DNA from: the human T2T-CHM13v2.0 reference genome, Homo sapiens
Direction: 5' to 3' (one strand)
Assembly (NCBI RefSeq): GCF_009914755.1
Contig: NC_060930.1
DNA length: 64,000 bases
Of the stretch, positions 56,941 to 64,000 are shown in pieces. A program made the translations under genes and the position numbers. A model generated the notes under the pieces. It was not told the DNA's origin. It saw only the letters and a list, made by a program, of their open reading frames with translations, and ran no database searches. Numbering within the stretch: position 1 is the first letter of the stretch; each line of letters begins with the position of its first letter.

Positions 56941-59900
56941 GAGAGGAGTTTTAAAAGCTTTTAGAAATGAGAGTATATGTCTTAAGAAACCAAAGGAGAA
57001 ATTTTTAAATTGTCTTTCATTTGCTCTTCCAGGATAAAAATACACTCTACCATAATCAAATAAGGAATTCATTTACCAATATTAGACATAAAGCAATTAA
57101 TAACCTCTATCGCAGGAATCCAAAAATACTTATTTATGTATTCTATGGTCTTCAAAAGAGTGAGGAATCTCATTTTTTCAATTGTTATACTGGGAAGAAG
57201 CATATTATTATGAATATAAAATATATAGCTGAATTCACTGAAGAAACAGTCACACATGAGATCTCTAAATTCACAAAACAAAAATATTGTATGAACTGAA
57301 GACAAACTGTCAGTTCACAATTGATTGTTGTTTATAATCATCATTTTAAATAACAAAATGGGATTTTTGTTGTTTAATAACAATACAAGCTATAAAAGAT
57401 AATTATATCAAATATAGTTATCATTAATACTTGAAATTCTTGCTGCTACTCAAAAACTACAAAAGGGAAAAGTCTGTTGTAGTAAAGAAAGAAAAAGACA
57501 GACATTACCATTAAACACAATTCATATGGTACCTTGTACCCAGATTGCAAAACTGCAAATTCCGTTTACATTGATTCTAGGTGCAATATAGATAAAGCTA
57601 GTTCAAAAACATAATTAATTCTACTAAGATTTGGGAGCAAAATGAAATAGTAATATTCATTCATTCATTCAACATTTATTATGCCTCTACCATGACTAAA
57701 TAAATGAAGAAACAGTATTATAGTAGAACAAAGATGCATCAGACAGAGACCCACTCCCAAAGACCACACCTTCTGCTAGAGTAGGTAAGAACCTACTGAA
57801 ATGACATAGTTAAAATAGAACAAGATCTGGAGATAAAAGAGGCACAAATTAGTTGCTAGAGATTTCAGGGAAGAAAAAAATTATTTCCAGCTGGGAAAAT
57901 CAGGAAATATTTCACAGAGGAGAAAACATTTGAGCTAAATCTTAGGAAATTGAGGGACCCTACCATCTGCCACAGCCTTTCTGTGCAGAGCCTGCTTGTT
58001 TCACAAATCTCAAATACCTGAGTTTGAGGAGATGAGGGTGTTGTCCTCTCCTTGCACCCTCTTCTTGTTTCTACACCGCTACTCCTTCTCTATCCTGTAA
58101 AAGCTCTGTTCCCCTGAGGTTCTTGCCATTGAACTTTCTACCCTCTCCCACTTCTTGTTGCTGACGGCCAACAGCCTCTGATTATTCCCCTTCTGTCACT
58201 GCCAAACGGGGTTCCTGGAACATCTTCCTTTTCACCATGACCACCTATGATTCTTGCTGGATTCAAGACACACATAAATAGGGCTGCTGCTTACAGCCAT
58301 GTATGTCCAGGAGGCTGCTCCATCTGTGTCGCCATCAATGATTTGCATAGAGATTTTGACAGATTCTGGCAGATGATGATAAAACATTTTGAGGAAGGGG
58401 GTGCCATTTTCTAATTTGCATAAAGTCTCCATATTGGCTGGTAGCAGGGCTGCATATGGATAATTCATTCAATGTTCTGACCCCTTTGTTCTTTGACCTC
58501 CACACCTATTACCTTGACCACTACCCCCCTTCAGCCATATGATCCCAGAGTCACTTCCTGGATTTTGTCACGCCCGGATATTAGACTATATCCTAAACAA
58601 CAAATCTAGAGACCTTACTTTCCTACCTTAACTTCCCTTGTTTCTAGCTCACTTTACTCAAGTGTGCCTTTGAAACAATTTTCCTTTCTAGTTGATACCG
58701 TCAAGTCATTCTCCTATTTTATCTCTGTTAATTAGGTACTGTTATCTTTTATTCTCTCCTATCTGGCTCAGATTTTATGGTCTTTCATCAGAAGCATTCT
58801 GTTACAAACATTTTCAACATCCTTTCCTCTCTTCCTCTTTCACATTCTCTAGAGGAAAATCCAATTCTGTATGTATCCAACATTTGCCTTCTCTAGGCTG
58901 GCACTAATGCAGCTAAGCATTGTTGGAGAAATTACACAGCCACCATAAAGCTACCTCCCACCCCATCCCATAGCAGACTTTCCCTAACTCAGGCAATTCC
59001 AGTAACACTGGTCTTTGGATAGATAATACAACAAACTGGGCTATATTGCCTTTGAACATACTGTTCCGTCTTCTTGGAATGCTTTTTCCCCAAACTCTTA
59101 GCATGGTTGCCCTCTATGTGGTCTTCAAATCTCAGCTTAATAATAGTGATAATTAGTAGCTAATATTTACTGAGCACATTCTTTGTACCAGGTGTTTTAT
59201 AAAAATTAGTCTGATCTTCCCAACACTTTTAGAGGTAGATGGTATTATCTTCACTTTACAGATGAGAAAATTAAGGATTAGAGAGGTCAAGCAACTTACT
59301 CAAGATCTCACACACACATGTAGAATGGTAACTGCAGAATTCGGTCCCATGCTAGCTGTGGCCCTGCATGCTTAGGTAACCTGCTACTCTGTTCCGGGCT
59401 ATATCCCCACACTCCCCTGTTACTCCTTCACAGATATACCTTCCCAATAACACCATTAAAATAATTTATAAGAATCTTCTCAGTTTGTAATTACACATTT
59501 ATTTACTTGTGTATACCTTACACTTTCATTGTTTCCCTCCTCTCACTAGACTTAAGCTCTGTAGAGGTCACATGTCCATTTCACATACCACTGTGTCTTT
59601 AGGGCCTAGCAACATGCCTACCCTATAACAAATATCAGTTAACCCTTGTTAAATGAATAAAGAAAACTTAATATTGGGTAAAGCAAGCAGAGTAGGGCAT
59701 TCCAGGCAGAACCAGGCATGAACAAAGGCCCAGCAGGAGGATTGGGGATACAGTCATGTGATGGCCTCATGTGTTTGTGACATGAAAGAGTTCCCACTCT
59801 GTACGTTTGCATTGGTGAGATAAGCAGGGCTAACGAATTAACAAAGACTATATAAAACTAAAAAGTGGAAGGCACCCTGCCCACCTGGGCTGGGGACCAG

Positions 59901-60869
59901 CTGTGAGGTCACTGTCATTGCCAGGGAAGGTGGGGCCAGCTCCCCCTACCCTGAGGTGTGGGTTCAGAGGTGTTGGAGTGCTGCCCTTCCACTCCCATGT
60001 GGGCTTCTGCTGAGGTTCAAGGGCACTTCCCATATTAGTAAAGATCATGCTATCGGGCATGGATTGCCACTGTGGCACCTTCTGTAGAGTGGGACGGGAA
60101 ATTTGAGATGGATAAAAGAGGTAAGACAAGTAAGCTGCAGCAGAGTAGAATTTTATTACCTTTGACCAAAATCATTCTAAGGACACTTAATACAGCAAAG
60201 GACAGGTACATGTAATCTTTAAAATAACTTACAAAGATCAAAATGGAACAAAGCAAACGTGAAATTCCGAGTGTGCAGAGAGGCAAGACTGCAACATTAA
60301 TTTTATGAGGGGACTCTTCAGGGCAATAATATATCACTGGGTCATTTTAACGGCTGTGACTAACATAGCTTTAACTTTAGATTTTAAAGAAGCAAGTGCA
60401 AAAAGAGAATCTCTGAAAGTTAGGTACATGTTTATGTGCTATAGTAAGTCACTTGCCTTTTCTGATGTTTTTTAAAAGTTATTACAGTTTTTACAATGTT
60501 CCTGAGACACCTGTAGCTTAGTGTCACATGCATGGGTCAGAAATAAAAGATGCTGAGAGGTGTGGGTTTCATAGAGTAAGGAAACTTAGAATTAAACTGG
60601 GGTTGTAGCAAAGACTGAAGGAGAAAAGGATGTGTCTTGTAGTTGATTAGGCCAGAGTTCTCAGATTTCCACACACGCTCTGTACTGAGTGGCAACTTTC
60701 ACCATGGAATCCAGAGTTTGTCTTGGCTACTAAGAACACCCTCTGGATAAGGAGGTCGGTGGGATTCTATCTTGCCTCAGCTTTCAGAAGGGATTTGTGA
60801 AGAGGAGTAAGAAGGTCTGAAGTTGAGGAAACTCAGCAAGGCCCACCCACCCACACCTATCCTCCCATG

Positions 60870-61306
60870 GGCTGCTCCTGAATGGTGCCTGGGGGCTGGA
60901 GTGTGTCTGAAGTCTGCGTCTGGCATGTAGAAGACCCCACTGGTGCCTGACCACCATTCCATGGGGTCTTCCTGCAAGGACCAAGCCTCAGCCACAGGAG
61001 CCCACTTGGCCCATGCAGGGCAAGCTGAAGGTGCTGGGGAGTAAGCCCTGGGGGAGCAGCTCTCACACAATGACAGCAGGGAAGCTGGCGGGCAACTGTG
61101 TCTCTCTGGGATGTTGCTAGGGTATGTTCTACCCCTGTAGGATTGAGCCCCTCAGCCCCGCAGTAGTCCCCTCTTGCTCCACTGCTATCTCTTCCTTCCC
61201 AGTCTCACTTGCCCACTGCCCGGCCCATGCTCTCTGAGAGCACCTCCCAAATAAACATTGTGCACTCAAATTCTTGCCTCAGGCTTCACTTCTGGAAGAA
61301 TTCAAG
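60870..61306 (+). mobile_element. Old ERVL LTR remnant (LTR16/LTR33-like)
   Basis: CACCTCCCAAATAAAC...CAAATTCTTGCCTCAGGCT...TTCTGG 3' end motif; 5' limit uncertain. Confidence 0.45.
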
Positions 61307-61670
61307 TGTTGTGAACTGGATGTTTATGTTCCCCCAAAATTCACATGTTGAAATCCTAATCCCAATGTGGTGCTATTAGGAGATGGGGCCTTTGGGAGGT
61401 GATTAGGTCATGAGATGAGCCCTCATGAATGGGGTTAGTGCCTTTATAAAATAGGCCCCAGACAGCTCTCTCACTCCCTCTCTACTCTCTGAGAATAAAA
61501 CAAGAAGGTGGCCCTCTAGAAACCAGGAAGTGGGCCCCCAGTAGACACCAAATCTGCTAGCACCTTGATCTTGGACTTCCCTGTCTCCAGAACTGTGAGA
61601 AATAAATGTTTGTTGCCTAAGCCACCCAGTGTATGGTATTCTATTATAGCAGCCTGAACTGACTAAGACA
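61307..61670 (+). mobile_element. MLT1A-type MaLR solo LTR
   Basis: CCCCCAAAATTCACATGTTGAAATCCTAA ... AATAAA ... GACTAAGACA. Confidence 0.85.
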
Positions 61671-62683
61671 CCAACCTAGTACAAGAAGCAAACAAACACA
61701 AATTTGAAGGAAAGAAATACCAAAAGAAGTAGATAAATTTATCTTTGCAACTTTGCAAACAGTGGTATGGTTCTAGTGATTTGCTGTAACTCTGTGATCT
61801 GGTGTGTACCTTTCTTTTTTCTTTTTCCTTTCCTTCTTTTCATTCTGTCTCTCCCTCTCTCTTTCTTTTTCCTTGTAAGTTCTATTTCAGTAGGGCAGCA
61901 GCAACCTATCACCACTGAGCAAAGTCAGCGTGGTATCTGTTCTGATATTTGAGGGTCAAGGTGATTTCCAGGGGTTCCTAAATGAGAATTGTAACAGCTG
62001 AGGGATGTCTCAAGTGTTTACCGTCAGGTGAACAGAAACTTATGAAAGTTGCAATTAATTCTTTTCTCTCTCTCAGGTATTGTTATTCAGTTTTGCAAAT
62101 ATGGAAACTAAGACTCCAAACCTAATTCACACACCATACAATTCACCCATTTAAATGGTACGATTCAATGGTTTTAGTATATTTGCAGAGCTGTGCATCC
62201 ATTACCACATCTGAATTTTAAACTATTTTCATGATCCTAAATGGACTTTGTTTTTGCAGTTATAAAAACTAAACATTTAACCTATGTGTTAGATGCTGTG
62301 CCAGGGTCTGAGCCAGGTGCTGGACCATGTGGGTGAACAGGAGAGATATGTCCAACTCTTGTGCCAATTGAATCCCAATGGGAGAGATAGACATTTAAGT
62401 TCAGAAGTGCAGAAGCAAGATAATTACAGGCTATGGTAGGTACCAAGAAGAAATAAACAGAATGAATGAGAAAAAGAAGAATAAGGACAAAGTGAACCCT
62501 TACGTCAAGGGCCAGGGACAGATTCTCTGAGGCAATAACATTTAAGTGAGAACAAAAAATATTGAAGAGACCAATTTTGGCAAGTATTGAACAAAAAAAA
62601 ATAGAAAAAGACCAGGTAAGAGTACAGCAGGCTCAGGGAATGGCTGGAGCTGAGGCCTGAGGGGTGGGTGCAGAATGACCTGA

Positions 62684-63090
<407 letters not shown>

Positions 63091-64000
63091 AGCATCTGAA
63101 ATATTTTAATCATCCGGTGTTATGATGTAATTTACTCTTTAAAGATACTTGTCTAGCTGCTCTGTGGAGAATGGGTATTAGGCAGCAAGAGTGGAGACAG
63201 GAGGACTAAATAAGTGGTCACTGCAGTTGTCGGGAGCAAGAAACAATATGGACTTAGATCCTAATGGCAGCAATAGAAAGAGAAGGAAGTAGACAGAGTC
63301 CAGTATATTTGAGAAACAACAGGAAGTAAGAAAGTCAAGGCAGTATGTAGAGTTTTCTATGGAGGGGAACAGAGAAATGGGGCAGGAACCTGGAGTCAAG
63401 GAGAGGTAGAGAACAAGAGGTGCTGGAGTGTGGCTGTGATTGTGGTGAGAACGATACAGGAGACAGCTCGAGAGGGTGCAGATTGCCAGGGCCAAGAGCA
63501 AATGAGGGGTGGGGCGGAGAGGGGTCTGGGGGTGGTTCTAGAGTTGGGGTGGGATTTAATCACATCCTGGCCAGCAGTGTTTTCTGAGGACTACTTATGG
63601 ATCCTGGGACCCACACAGAGGGAGGCTGAGCAAGTGGGGCTCTGGGAACCTACTCCCACTTTAACTACAGGTGTTGCTGCCCTTTTTGTTTTGTATTTTG
63701 GATGTATGCTTCAACTTTCACTTGAAGAAAGTAGTTGGAGCTCAGTGAACTTTGAGAACTATGGCATGATACTATGCTATTTGCCAAGAGGCAATTTGTT
63801 TGGCAAATATATCTCTAACTACTTTGAAAGCATTCAAAGTCAAACCAAGAGAAAGCAGTTTCTCCAACTCTGTTTGCTGGGACTTACAGATTAGCCAAGA
63901 GTGGTGTAAACTCAGGAGTGGGGCAAAGAACCCTTGAAAGTCCATGAGACCAGACTCTAGCCAGTGGCTACACAGGATGGACTTGGGTCACAAGGATGCT

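Overview
Human genomic DNA covering the cannabinoid receptor 1 locus (CNR1), transcribed on the minus strand. The 472-aa class A GPCR CDS (10351-11769) is uninterrupted and lies in one terminal exon with a ~4 kb 3'UTR. A ~20.5 kb intron links it to a non-coding first exon in a ~2 kb CpG-island promoter (~32.2-34.2 kb), with at least one candidate 5'UTR cassette exon in between. The upstream ~30 kb is repeat-rich intergenic DNA (Alu, MaLR/ERV LTRs, L1, L2, MIR). CNR1 is the only credible protein-coding gene. This is a well-studied locus and I cannot claim a proven new system. Best leads: (1) a ~220-bp, ~94% identical non-Alu inverted duplication in the intron, one arm carrying a site I recognise as rs2023239; (2) a splice-junction uORF in frame with CB1 whose peptide looks like a signal peptide and which a 38-nt micro-exon would frameshift; (3) a BC200-derived retrocopy with intact TSDs; (4) two young Alus (Yb8, Ya5) and a closely spaced inverted Alu pair. 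Repeat subfamily and SNP names come from recalled consensus or flanking sequence, not searches.
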